Shown here one piece after another: positions 24,699-37,517 of a DNA stretch of 64,000 bases. Numbering within the stretch: position 1 is the stretch's first letter; every line of letters begins with the position of its first letter. Origin of the DNA: Pecten maximus (taxonomy: Eukaryota); assembly GCF_902652985.1 (NCBI RefSeq), contig NC_047023.1:20336001-20400000 (forward strand), given 5' to 3'. Below the pieces are notes generated by a model. The model was not told where the DNA came from. It searched no databases and saw only the letters and a list, made by a program, of their open reading frames with translations. A program made the position numbers and the translations under genes.

Positions 24699-27600
24699 AT
24701 TTGATTTAAAAATATCAAAATGTGAAAGCGATTAATATGCACCTCAGTTGAACCTGTAAAAGCGACTTTGTTGATATCAGGATGGCTAGAGATGGCAGCA
24801 CCGGCGGTTGGACCATATCCGGGCACTATATTCACTACTCCGGCAGGGAAGCCAGCCTAGGTGTACAAAGACAAAACGAAAGTTAAACAATGATAAACAC
24901 ATACCGTTAGCGTTATTTGTATTATGCCAGTCTAGACCCCATCTACAGCGATACTTGTTATATCCATATCTCTTTGAATAAAGCACCTATATACAAGGAT
25001 GTTTGTGGGGTTTGTTATGTTCCTTCTTCTTTGAATGGACACCAGGTACAGGATGTTAATGGGTTTTGATATACCTCGACCTTTTTTAATACAGACCCCA
25101 TGTACAAGGATGTTAGTCGGATTGAACTGTCCGTAACTCTTTGAATAAAGACATATGTTAAGGGCTGTGAGTGGGGTGTGTTATGCCCCTACCTCTTTGA
25201 ATAGAGACCCCATGTAAAGGGCTGTTAGTCGGGTTTGAACTGTCCCTAACTCTTTCAATAAAGACCTATGTAAAGGGCTGTAAGTGGAATTTGTATGCCC
25301 CTACCTCTTTGAATAGAGACCCCATATACAGGGCTGTTAGTGGGGTTTGTTCGGCGGGCTTCAAGACGATGCAGTTTCCACAGGCTAAGGCAGGCGCTAT
25401 CTTCCAGGACATCATTGCCAATGGGAAATTCCACTAGAAAAAAAACATTCGGACGGTATACAATACAATTAATTTACCATCATGAAATCTTTTTACTCTG
25501 GTGGCATTCATATGTAACCGAAAAATACAAGCATGCTACGACTCAGTTTCTTTAAACGTAGGCCGAATACTTCAATTTGCCAAATCTTGTAATATTAATT
25601 TAGGCTTTCATTAATGCAGTCCCAGTTGTTTAAAAGATGATTAGGCTAATTGCAGTTTTAAAATCCTGATGAAATATGGCACTTCTCAGACTCTTCCTAC
25701 CTGCCTATTTTGAAGATTATACACACACATGTTTTGCAATTAAGGAGAAATGAGATTTTCACTAATCAAGAGATTAAGCTAAACCATCTTTTTAACAACT
25801 GGGCACTGGTGATATGTCACATCGTTTGATAAATTTTAAGCAGAATCATGTGTTCGGATTTTATTTTGTTTTGGCTCTGTTCCAATAAATCATCTTTCAT
25901 CAAAAGGTGGATAAGTCTCATAATACATAGTATTGGTTTGTTAGCAGAATGTAATAACTATTTCATCAACAGAAAAAGTGCATTATCAAATTCAGCTTGA
26001 TATTTTTTTAGTACCGGAATAATCTGACCGCAAATTCCCACTGGTTCATGTCTGGTGTAACAGAAGAAGGGACCATCTGTAAAGGAAATGATGTTTAGGC
26101 TAATTGAAGTATTATGTGTCGATACATAACTAGCTCTAACAGTGATACTACAAATAGAAGCATGTATATTTTAAGATTGGAAATGAACACCAGAAAGTGG
26201 CTGTTGTTATTAAACCATATCATGACGTCAACGAATAAGTGACGAGAAATAAATCAGTTCTTTACCATTGAGATAAAAATATATAATAATGTATTAAATA
26301 CGAAAATACGAGAATTACATGATGCAGTATGCATGGCTGTAAAATTAAAAGGTACCTATTTTTTATTGAAAAGTACTTAAAGTTTAATTACTTGAATTGA
26401 CGTTGTGGATTTAGATAAATAAGAACTACTGCCAAATTGCAAAGACAGATTATCATTAACAAGTCTTCAAGAAAATAAAACAATATGATCCTAAGTGAAC
26501 TTGACATCATATACACACGTACCAACTGGGATGGTTTTGCCACAGATCTTGTCCGTCCAACCGGCGTAGTACCGGATGGTGTTAAGGATCATGCTCATAT
26601 CATTTTCATACATATCTCTGAAAGGTTTCCCATTGTCCATTATCTCCAAACTCTGCAATCAGAAAATGTTACATATTACTTTTTTTTCACCGAAAATGTC
26701 CGTCAAATATAACTTTCTTTCGTAAAACACGTAAATAAATTAATTTTAACAACTGTTCAAATTCAAAGAGTTTGTATTTATATGGCTTTCGATTTGCTGT
26801 GAGTCTAAATTTATACCTGCTGCATATAAAGGTATCATGATAAACAATCATGGATTTGTCTCTTAAAATTTAATGGATTAACAATAGTACTAGTTAAGAG
26901 GAATCATATTACGTTAAGGACCTACCGATATGTACAGTCTGTCCCTCTCGATCAGATCGGCCAGTTTGTTCAGTAGGGTCCCTCTGGTGCTGGCGTTCAT
27001 CAGTCTCCATGGCGAGTCATCCTTAAACGCGGCCTTGGCAGCTTCCACAGCCTTGTCTATGTCAGCCTGAGTACAAATGGAAAAGCATTTAGCCGTCAGG
27101 AAGACAGAGTCCTTATTCATCAGAAAAGCAGCTTGCTTTTATTCCGAAAAACAGAAAAGTTATTCTTCACAAAGGGATGTCAAAAAGGTAGAATATGTAG
27201 TCGTCAGAACGGGTAGGCAAAAAGGCAGCATATTTAATCGTCAGAAAAACAGAATGTTTAACCGTCAGAAAGACATGTTTAGTCATTAGAAAGGGTCGTG
27301 AAGAAGGAAGGCAGAATAGTCAGTCAAGGTCGTGAAGAAGGCAGAATGGTCAGTCAAGGTCGTGAAGAAGGCAGAATGGTCAATCAAGGTCGTGAAAAAG
27401 GCAGAATGCTCAGACGTCAGACGTGTCGTGAAAAAGAAAGAAAGCTCTGACGTGACACAGGATTGTAAAAAGGGCACAACGATTAGTTGTCAGAAAGACA
27501 GAATGATAAATCGTTGGAACTGCAGAATGCTTAGTCTTCAAATACATGTAGTCTTCTTCAGAAAGACAAAATGTTTAATAAGCAGAAAAAGGTCGTCAGG

Positions 27601-29827
27601 AAAGCAAATGAAAAGCAGACGGTTAAGTTATCAGAAAGACAAAAAGAGCAGCCATCGGAAAGCCCGTCTGAAAGGCAGCATTTGTAGTCATCAGAAAAGT
27701 TTGTCAAGAAAGCAGAATGATTAATTGTCTGAAAGAAAGGATCGTCCGAAACACATAATGCTGTCATCAGAAAAGGAGCATGCTCAGATGCTAATGTGCA
27801 ATCGTTTATTAGGTGGTGACGTGATCATAGAATGACATTCACAATGATTTTCTTAAAATTGTTATAATGTAGGAAAGTTAAGATGTTTATTAATCATAAT
27901 CTGGGGTAGCATAGCTGTAGATATTTCAAGAAAAAAATGACTATTTCGAAGTCATGATGCGTAAAAGGTCTCAAAATACACAAATTTGTTTTGTATACTT
28001 AAGGTATACTTTGTTAACAGGAGATTGACAACAAGAGCTCTGTTATAAAGCGCATTTCTTTCTATGTTCATCCTACATTAATCGTAATAGTGCGTAATTG
28101 GTCATGACTTTGACCAAGCTGTATATCTACCTTGTCCCCTTCCTGGACCTCGATGATCTTTTCCCCTGTACTGGGGTTGATTGTGGCGAAAGTCTTGCCG
28201 CTAACACTGTCCACGTACTCATTATTAATGAATAACTGTAACAAAAATAATATACCTGATGTAAACATCATCAACAAATACTAGTAAATGTAAAAAAAAG
28301 TAACGTTACTGAATATATGTAACAACAGACGTAATAATCATTAATATACATACCTTCAGTAAATTAAATTAAATTGTTCATGTCCATTGTTATAAAAATT
28401 ATTATTATCTGTTTGTTAAGCACGAATCATGGATATTTTCCAGACACAATAATGTTTTCTGATGACAGTGTGGGACAGCAACTTTTTGTTATGTTTTCAT
28501 TATATTGTCCTTTAATTATTGTTAATTTGAAATGTGCAATAATAATCAGCAGAATACATTTGTCTTCGAGAACCGAAAAATTATAAACTTGTAAGAGGTA
28601 CATTTTTAGCTCTTCACATACTTGACGTAATGTGATGTAATGTGATAAGTAGTATCTAATCTGACCTGGCACATGACACAACGTTATCTTAGACAGTGCG
28701 GGTAACATGTACCTATACCATGTTGATGGTTGTCATTACTTATAAATACTGATTCGTATACCGTGTATTTGAATCAAAACCACTTACAAAACGGCTACTA
28801 ACACTGAACGTTAAGTAAATTTTGTACTTAGGTTCTTTAGTATTGACCCTGTTGTATATTTTGTCCTTTAGTGTTGACCCTGTTGTATATTTTGTCCTTT
28901 AGTGTTGACGCTGTTGTATATTTTGTCCTTTAGTGTTGACCCTGTTGTATATTTTGTCCTTTAGTATTGACCCTGTTGTATATTTTGTCCTTTGGTGTTG
29001 ACCCTGTTGTATAGTTTGTACTTTAGTGTTGACGATGTTGTATGTTTTGTCCTTTGGTGTTGACCCTGTTGTATATTTTGACCTTTAGTGTTGACGCTGT
29101 TACATATTTTGTCCTTTAGTGTTGACCCTGTTCTATATTTTGTCCTTTAGTGTTGACGCTGTTGTTTATTTTGTCCTTAAGTGTTGACCCTGTTCTATAT
29201 TTTGTCCTTTAGTGTTGACGCTGTTGTTTATTTTGTCCTTTTGTGTTCACCCTGTAGTATATTTTGTTCTTGGATGTTATGCTATGATTTATGTTACATG
29301 TACTCTGAAATTTACGCTTTGATTTATTTGTCCTTTATGTTGTTCAAATACATATTGTCAATAGTCACATTTATGACATGTCCAGCATTCAGGTACACGG
29401 ACCACGTTTACTTTTTCTACCATATTAACAGCGGACCATAGTGGTCGCCAGTGTTGGACATACTTGAATCATGTTATATTATGTATAAGAATGATCCACG
29501 CGTGAAGGTGTATGTATAATATGTCATTATCATCACAAAAGTAGTCCTTTCGGATTTATTAAAAAGAAACTAAGATTATATCAAGTCGCGAGTCCATGTC
29601 GGGATAAAAACTTTTGAAACGACTCCCAATTCAACTGGTGTTCGCGTTCGAGTTCTTGACATGTACGTGTGCGTGGTCCGTCTATAGAGAAACTGAACTA
29701 GCATAATAGAAATGCCACTTCAGATAAGATTTATATATATAGAAGCACAAAAGTTATTAAAAATCGTTACCTGTGTGTATTTTACTTCCGGGTTTCTGAT
29801 AGGATCCGGTAATTGGGCTGCCATCAT
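20169..29827 (-). CDS. ALDH1A-type cytosolic aldehyde dehydrogenase copy B (canonical motifs intact), 14 coding exons, 496 aa
   Basis: Exons (minus): 29771-29827 [19 protein letters not shown]; 28131-28235; 26926-27066; 26523-26652; 26015-26076 (GQIIP); 25305-25433 (WNFP); 24743-24856 (FTGSTE); 24534-24636 (TLELGGKSP); 24005-24189 ([11 protein letters not shown]); 23652-23816; 23011-23168 (IFGPV); 22136-22210; 21815-21854; 20169-20195 (VLMNPLTK*, the least certain exon). GT-AG introns at the same positions as copy A. Confidence 0.95.
20308..21056. repeat. 37-38-bp G-rich minisatellite (GTAAACACATGGCGGGGTTAGTAGTAGGGGGTAGAGGA), about 20 copies
   Basis: Directly visible in the last intron of copy B. 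Confidence 0.95.
22283..22455. repeat. 29-bp minisatellite (AAACATCCCTGCTCATAATACAAAATAAT-like), about 6 copies
   Basis: Directly visible in intron 11 of copy B. Confidence 0.85.
24930..25352. repeat. ~56-bp tandem repeat derived from the 3' end of copy B exon 6 plus its donor
   Basis: Exon-end sequence ctacctctttgaatagagaccccatatacagggctgttagtggggtttg recurs about 7 times into intron 6 with increasing divergence. Confidence 0.9.
27075..27780. repeat. Degenerate 24-30-bp low-complexity repeat upstream of the copy B exon-3 acceptor
   Basis: Recurring GTCAGAAAGACAGAATG / GTCGTGAAGAAGGCAGAATGGTCA motifs. Confidence 0.75.
28840..29265. repeat. 31-bp minisatellite (TTGACCCTGTTGTATATTTTGTCCTTTAGTG), about 13 copies
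   Basis: Directly visible in intron 1 of copy B. Confidence 0.93.
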
Positions 29828-30839
29828 TAATGTTCCCTTTGTTCACCTGTGTCGCCAGAGATAGACTGACCTAGCTATAATCAGGTACTGTGGTATACTC
29901 TGTCCATACAGATAACCGTCTGACGTGGACTTTATGCTCAAGCACGATTATCTCAAATCCTACATAAGATTTACGAGACATTGATAAGATGTTAAAGTGT
30001 GTTATAATAATTCTTTATTGGAGAAACAAATATCTGTATTGCGACATACATGTGTCTGGTATAGCACAACTGTACATATATATGATATATATGCGGTGTA
30101 ATAACGTTGACTAAACTTTATCATATCTTAGGCTTAACAGTTGTACATGCTAAGGGTCCAAAGTTAGAAATCAAGAAAAACAGAAAGTGTAAATACCACC
30201 AGGGGATCTAGCGTTTACCAGCCAACTGTCGTCCGTCCAGGACCATAAGGGTAGAAATTCGGAAGGAAAAAATGATAGTTTAAGTATTACATAATAATGC
30301 ATACATTACATAATATAATTATTATATAAATCTCCTTCTAAACGATGGATCACGTCATGTGTTACTGGTATCATACATAACAGACTACATACATATCTTT
30401 ACACAATAACACTTACAGACGAAACTAAAATCGGCTAACTTGATGTCATTGCTAACTCTTTAATAAATATTGTTTGGTGGAAAGACTTGCCAGCGATGTT
30501 TCACTGCCGAATACTGCCATTAATTCCTTTGGTATATAAGCCTGTGGTTATGCAATCCTTCATAGACGCGTTCCCACAACTAAACCTTATCGAAAAAATT
30601 GATATAGTATCTTAATTGATTAAAGGTGTTTTCATTTCATGAAAAGAGTCTTTTTCTCCCCCCCCCCCCCCCTTTTTTTTTTAGTCTTGACAAAAAATAA
30701 TATCTTCAAGACGAGTTTAATTAATTCTCATATGAAATGAAAAAAAATTTAAGAGATTTCTATCACATAAGATTTTGGCAGGTTTTGATAATAATAATAA
30801 TTCTAGACGCAGACATTTAGTTAAAAAAAGAAACAAAAG

Positions 30840-32720
30840 TTCACATAATGACGTCTCGAATATGGATAAGTTAATGATTATCTATTTCAAATGTTTTGAC
30901 TGTTGGTGCGGTAACCACAGCGTCCGGGAGAATGTTCCAGTGTTCCAGACAATCCGCTCTCTAAACGAATATTTCCTCGGATTCAGTCTGCTTCTCGTTT
31001 TATCATGTCATGGTCTGCTCTCTTCTTCTTCTTTTTTTTAGTATTTTGCGTTAATAATCCCTCTGTGTGTTGATTTATATACTTGGATCATATCTCCCCT
31101 TAGCCTTTTATGTTTCAGTGTATGTATTTTAAAAACTCCTAGTCTACTTTTGTAGCTTAGATCCAACATTCTTGGTATTTATTTGAGCTGCTCTTCTTTG
31201 GACGTTCTCTAATTCATTATAATATTCTGCAAATATGGGTCCAGATGCAAGCCCATATTCTAAATGAGGCCGAGCAAGCACTTTATATAGATGACAGAAA
31301 GTCGTAGTATCCAAGTATGCGTAGGTTCTTCGGATGGTCCCCATTATTCTATTTGCCTTGATGACAATATCATGAATATGATCGCTGAAGTTAAGGTTGC
31401 TATCAGTTGTAATTCCAAGGTCCTTTTTTCCTTGTTACTTCCTGAAGGGAGGTCGCAACTCTTCCTTTGGTGTGTATTGGTATAAATGTAGAGATCTTTT
31501 GTTGGATTTCTTTCCTAGGTGCAAAACTTTACACTTGTCAATGGATTTTTTCTGACCATTTTCGTAGTTGATTTGTCATTCTGAAGATTGTTATTTTTCA
31601 TATAATTACAGATTTTAGTATCATCTGCGAATAAATACGTGGTTGCATCAATATTTTCCGGAATGTCATTGATATAAATTACAAATTTTCGGTCCTAAAA
31701 CACTTCCTTGGGAAATCCCACTTGTAACCTCCATCCATTTGGACAGTTCTCCGTTTACCGATACTCGTTGTTTCCGGCCAGTTATAAAAGTTGGCACCCA
31801 ATGGACGGTTTCCTGCAATAATCCATGATTTTTATTTGCTGATAAGCAGTAGATGTGGAACCGTAACTAACGCGTTCATGAAGTATAGGTATACTGCTTC
31901 GATTTATCCTCCTTTTTTTGAAACATATGTTCATTCTTCAATAACTTTCAGTAACTGCAAAATAGTCGACCTTCCTTTTACGAATCCATGTTTACTTAGG
32001 AGATTACTGTTTTCCAGATGAGCCATTTTTCTTGACCTTACAATCCATTGTTTTACATATAACGCTAGTTAAGCTAACTGGTCTATAATTCTCTGGCATT
32101 TTCTTGTCCCCTTTCTTGTAGATCGCAGTATCCAAACTGTCTTTCCAATTATCAGGAAGTTCTCCTGTCTGCAATGAACACTTAAATATTTCGCACAAAG
32201 GGACTTTTATAATATCCGCTGTTTCCTTCAATACTCCAGGATGGAAATTGTCTCCTCCTGGTGATTTTGTATGATAGAATGTTAAATATTTCAAGTTCCG
32301 AAACTTCAGTAGTACTTTGTGGAATTTCTGTTTTACGGTCTTCGACTACGGTAACACTACCTTTGGGTTCAACCGTGTATACACTTGAGAAATATTCTGC
32401 TAGAGCGTTAGCCTTATCGTGATCAGTTTTAGCAATGTTTGTTTAGTTCCCACATTTCATTTGCAGTTCTGTTTTTTTTTTTAATTTTAGAATTTGCGTA
32501 TCTCCAAAACTGCTTGGGACTGGTCTTTACCTCTTTTACTATATCTTTTTCCAGATTTGTTTAACATTTCCTCACCAATTTTTTAACATTGTTTGCGGCT
32601 TTCAACGTATTTTATTTTCATCCAGTCTCAATGCATCTCTGCCAGCTCCTGTGTTTTTGTTTGATAGCCTGGACGGTGTTCTTATCCAGGGGATTCTGTC
32701 TTTTCTTCGTTGCACATATT
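30840..32720 (-). mobile_element. Decayed, 5'-truncated CR1-like non-LTR retrotransposon (ORF2 reverse transcriptase)
   Basis: Minus-strand fragments KSPGGDNFHPGVLKE, YKKGDKKMPENYRPVSLTSVICK, HGFVKGRST, VTSGISQGSVLGP, YLFADDTKI, LYKVLARPHLEYG, LENVQRRA, RLRGDMIQVYK and LPDAVVTAPTVKTF, broken by frameshifts and stops. Confidence 0.9.
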
Positions 32721-33258
32721 CTTTTGTTAAAATGTTGAGGGCTAATAAAACGGAGATGGCTATTTTGTTGCGCCATTCACAATACAGGACATTATGACGT
32801 CACAAAGGAGTTTGGCCAATGAAAAACACTCCAGAGTAATATACATTAGTGACATGTGCAAAAAATATTATTTGGGCGAATTCAGCATTACAACTAAAAT
32901 GTAGCTACTTTAGCTCGCATCAGTCTCAATATAATACAAAGGTGAAACGGGTTATCTTCCATCAGGCGATTATGTCTTTATCAGTAATCACAAATATACA
33001 AAGGGGCGCAATTAAAGTCCATAATACAACAAAAGATTAGTGTATCTATCCTGACCTGTATAAAGAAATGAGTGTTCTGGAAATGATAAATTAATGTACA
33101 AGTCAGTTTGAATTACCTTTATTAGATCGTGGCAAATAATAATAATATCACCGTTACATTTGCAAATCAAATTGGGCAACATCGCATGAGATAAATCACA
33201 GATTATACATGGCAGAAAGGGAGAATGCTAGGCACTCTGGAATGTGACTAACATAACA

Positions 33259-33392
33259 CCATAAAATACAGCAAATATCTGGCATCCCAAAATATCTACC
33301 CACCATAAAATACAGCAAATATCTGGCATCCCAAAATATCTACCCATCATAAAATACAGCAAATATCTGGCATCCCAAAATATCTACCCACT
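33259..33392. repeat. 44-bp tandem repeat, 3 copies
   Basis: CCATAAAATACAGCAAATATCTGGCATCCCAAAATATCTACCCA three times. Confidence 0.9.
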
Positions 33393-34113
33393 ATAAAGGA
33401 TGAAACATCACGCACCCTAAAACATATACCTACCATTCAGGATAAATCATTGCTTCACAAACATCTTCCAATGTGGAAAAACATTCGTTAAAAAAACCCC
33501 ATTATCCTTATCATTATATAATGTTGACGCCTCTTTTCCTACATATATTACCTTCAATGAATAACGAAAGTCTACCATACCATGCAAGTACTTTTTTTTC
33601 AGGTTTTAATTAAGATTTCTTTCATTCACTTAAATGTTATGGTGTTTCATATAAAAGTTTAAATTCTTCTAAACTAATCAGGGCTATCTAACCAATGGGA
33701 GGGCTCCTGATTCGTCCTACAAGGACCTTTAGATTTATATCTTAATTCAAACACTATCATTATAACCTGAATATGGATATGTATTTTACTGGAATTGCCC
33801 TCATGTGTTAAGGGCCAAAAGTATCATTCTATCGACCAATATCACCTGTCATGGTATGTAGCTAATTTGACATATAAGGGATTGTTTGTTTACTGGGTTT
33901 ATCGCCTAGTTAACAGCCAGGGGTGGGAAGCACAAAAACAAGTATGGCTGCTGTTCAGACAGCCATACAGCCATTAATTGTAAAAGCTGAAAATGCGGAG
34001 ACAAACGGTGTGTGTTAAGGTTGAGAAAATATCAAAATGTTAGTCAATGGTATGAAATACAACTAGAATTGGAACTGAACTAATATTGCAGAGAAACTAG
34101 TCATGTTGAAATA

Positions 34114-34200
34114 CAGTTCGCATGATTCTGACTACTTATCTGCTTTAATATACTACTAGGGGCAGATAAAGCGGACCGATAGTCAGAATCATTCGGACTA
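34114..34200. mobile_element. Small inverted-repeat element (MITE-like); related copy at about 47140-47233
   Basis: Arms CAGTTCGCATGATTCTGACTA and TAGTCAGAATCATTCGGACTA are near reverse complements; similar ends recur near 47143 and 47214-47233. Confidence 0.55.
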
Positions 34201-36946
34201 AGCCAAATATAACACCATTTGTAGGGATTACAACAGGAACTATTACAAACATAATCTTAAAAATGCGTCTAACAAGACACATCATCTAAATCTATAGACC
34301 TAATAGAAATAGAGAATAAAACAAATAAGGAATGCATTACTAGGGGAGGAACAAAACAAAAGCCATATTATACTATTCTACTTCTACATGAAAATAAATA
34401 TCGAAAAAATATAAAGTTTCCTTGTACTAACATAATACTTTAGCTTGTACATGTATTTTATTTTTTAACAAATGTCTTGGTTTCTTAGAATTCATTGACT
34501 TATTTCAGAAGCAGCAATTGAGAAATACACAATACAATGAGAGATACACAATACAAGGCATGCCAACTTTCCTATTAACAGCTACAAAGCCTTCCCTTTT
34601 GATTTATGAACTCAATCATCACTTGAAAGAACTTTCAGTAAAAATACCTATACTAATGCTTTAAATCTTGATGATAGCAGATTGAATTATCATTGGACAT
34701 AAAATTGATATAAAAACAAAATAAACATAAATAAAGGAAAAAAATAGAAAAAACCATCATGAATGAAACATAAAAACTAGAAAACATAAAACAATGGTGA
34801 TACGTATATAGGAATAAACCTGCGTAACCTGGGACAACACAATAAATGAACGAAAAAACAAAAATCAAATACAGCACTGGATACCAGCTCTCGAAAACTT
34901 TCCACTTATTCTTATGTATCTGTCTGAAAAGTAAAAGTGATTGAAAACTGTGATTATCTGACTGCTGTTTTACGATGTATTTTACACTTACACATGAACA
35001 ATGTCAATATTTACTTGTTTTAAATATAACCATTAAATTCCTCATTTAAACCAACCAGAATCTCACAATTAAGTGAAAAACACATCCCTCAAATTACTAT
35101 GTTAAACTGAACAATTTTATCAGAATTCGGAGAAAGAACACTGAAAATTTGATTTAGCACTGACCTTTATCTCTTAAGAAACTTGTTATATATTGTTTAG
35201 TGAATAATGAAAACAGAAAAAAATAGATGTTTAGATGATAATGTTATTTAAAAGAAGATGAAATACTCAATTGCATCTTAAAAGAATTTCATCTGAACTC
35301 TCTACACTGTACAGACTTTCTACATCTTTTCAAGCATACACAGAATTATACCAACACACCCAAACTTAAATTAGATATGCCATTCCCATTGTGTTATATC
35401 ACAGTATATATAACGTATATTAGAGAAGTGGAAATTACAAGTCTAATTTTAATTAGATTGACCAAAACCATAACAGTCTTCAGATCTAATGTCCAGTACG
35501 TCATACTAACATGTTTTCATAATGAAGTTGTGTAAATTTCCAACTACTGATATCAATAACTGAAAAAATTCAACATAAAAATACATAAAACTAAATAATT
35601 TTCGAAGAAATAACAAAAATATAATTGCTCAAAATCAAAGCTGTAAACAATAATTTAGGGCCATTTCCAGTTTTTTTTTTAAATTTGATAGATTACTTGC
35701 CTCTGCCTCAAAACATAACATCACAAATTCAGATCAGCTGTTCAAGAGTGAGAAAAAGAGGCCCTTCTAAATAGTTGTCAAAATAAAAAAAATAAAAAAA
35801 TGAACGATTTATTAATAAGTACAATTTGCAACTTTCAAGTCTAATTGAATAAATCTAAGTTGCTTACACTTTGATTGATATAACAATTTAAACTACATGT
35901 AGAATGCCAAACAATTCAGCTGGCAAAACACTTTGTATAACATCCATATCATGCATACAGCCATAATGTATACAGTACTAGTGGAGAAGTGTAGGCTTGC
36001 TTGACATTAGGTTGCATTTATTAGAATATGTGAACTTGCATTTGGATTAACAATGGTTAATATCACAATAAGAAATAGGAATTACAATTCTAGTACAGTT
36101 TCATAAATCTTTTGGAAACATCAACCTTGCTGACAAAATTGTCTTGATAATAATTCTATGAATTTTGTTGAAGATTTTTTATATTTCTTGCGAAAATTAC
36201 AAAGCATTTCCAAGTCATCTAAGAGTTACATAATATAAAGGCCAAGGTCATTTGTTTGCTAAATCTGCTGGCAAAATATAAGGCATATGGATCTTCTGGA
36301 ACTTGAATAGAAGATCATTGAACTTTTTAACATACCTGATGGCTGTGAAATCAAGGTCATTATTATGAGGAAGCTTATCTTGATGTGCAGAGATTATAAG
36401 TGAAAGCTACCCTTAGAATTTCTAGGATGTGGTTACTTTTGCAGAGAAAAACCATCATTTGGTGAAAGTGAAAAGAAGCGAATTTTATCCGACAAAAATT
36501 TCTTAATGAAAAATATACCTCCTAAGTACAAATCATCCATGATTAATAAAAAATATACACGTAATGTTAAGCACACTATAATTGAGCACATAATTCTACT
36601 GTGAATGCCTACCGATGTAGCAGTAACGCACTAAAGGTGATCCAAAATAAACTGGAGAAAAACAATCTCTTGTCCTGGAAGACTGAACAAATGAACCAGC
36701 TTGTATATGGCTGTACCATAGTAACTGTAATTAAAATGAAATGTAACTTACAAATAAAACAAATACCTATTGTACTCATTCTTTCTCCACAGAAATAGTG
36801 CAAGCCTCCACATACTCCAATTTTAAAGTGATATCATGATTTATGCCTAGAGCTAATGAGTATTAATATAACAGTAAAATCTTATACTAATATACTTATT
36901 TTCATTCTTTAAATTGTTTTCAGTTTGATCAACAGGGGCATGGCAC

Positions 36947-37028
36947 AAATTCCAAACACTCGGTCCATATATGTATTATGTGTAACTAATATACATATAT
37001 GTATATATGGACTGTCGGTTGGGAATTT
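36947..37028. repeat. Imperfect ~80-bp inverted repeat
   Basis: AAATTCCAAACACTCGGTCCATATAT ... ATATATGGACTGTCGGTTGGGAATTT. Confidence 0.55.
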
Positions 37029-37517
37029 ATGTCAAATCCTTGTGGGTTACTCTACTTCCTAACAAAAATATAAAAAAAATATCAATTTATATTCAAATTC
37101 AATATCTAACAATTCAATGAGTAAATTTAAATGTCAAAAGAACAATAGTACAAAGTATAAATTGCAATGATTTTCACTTCTATGCTAATTCAATAATTCA
37201 CTAAATCACTAATTTAATATTTCACTAAATCACTAATTCAATATTTCACTAAATCTTTAATTCAAAGCAAATGCAAAGTTTTAATTTACTACAGTATAAT
37301 AAACTGTATTATCAATATTGGTATTTGATGCGCAAAGTGATCATGAATTTTAATTTTCAGAACTGTCCCATGATATCGGGACAACACACGAAAAATAACC
37401 CTGAAGACATTGATAGTGGTATTAGCTTTAACTTACTAGTTATCTCCCCTTAATAGACAAGTTTAAAATATAACATAAAACACCTTCCTTATTCAAAGCA
37501 TAAAAGAAGACTAATAT

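Noticed and set aside
27077-27767. Lys-rich and Phe/Thr-rich ORFs
   Set aside because: By-products of the low-complexity intronic repeat.
30840-32720. Active or domesticated reverse transcriptase
   Set aside because: Multiple frameshifts and stops, 5' truncation, and no endonuclease domain seen.
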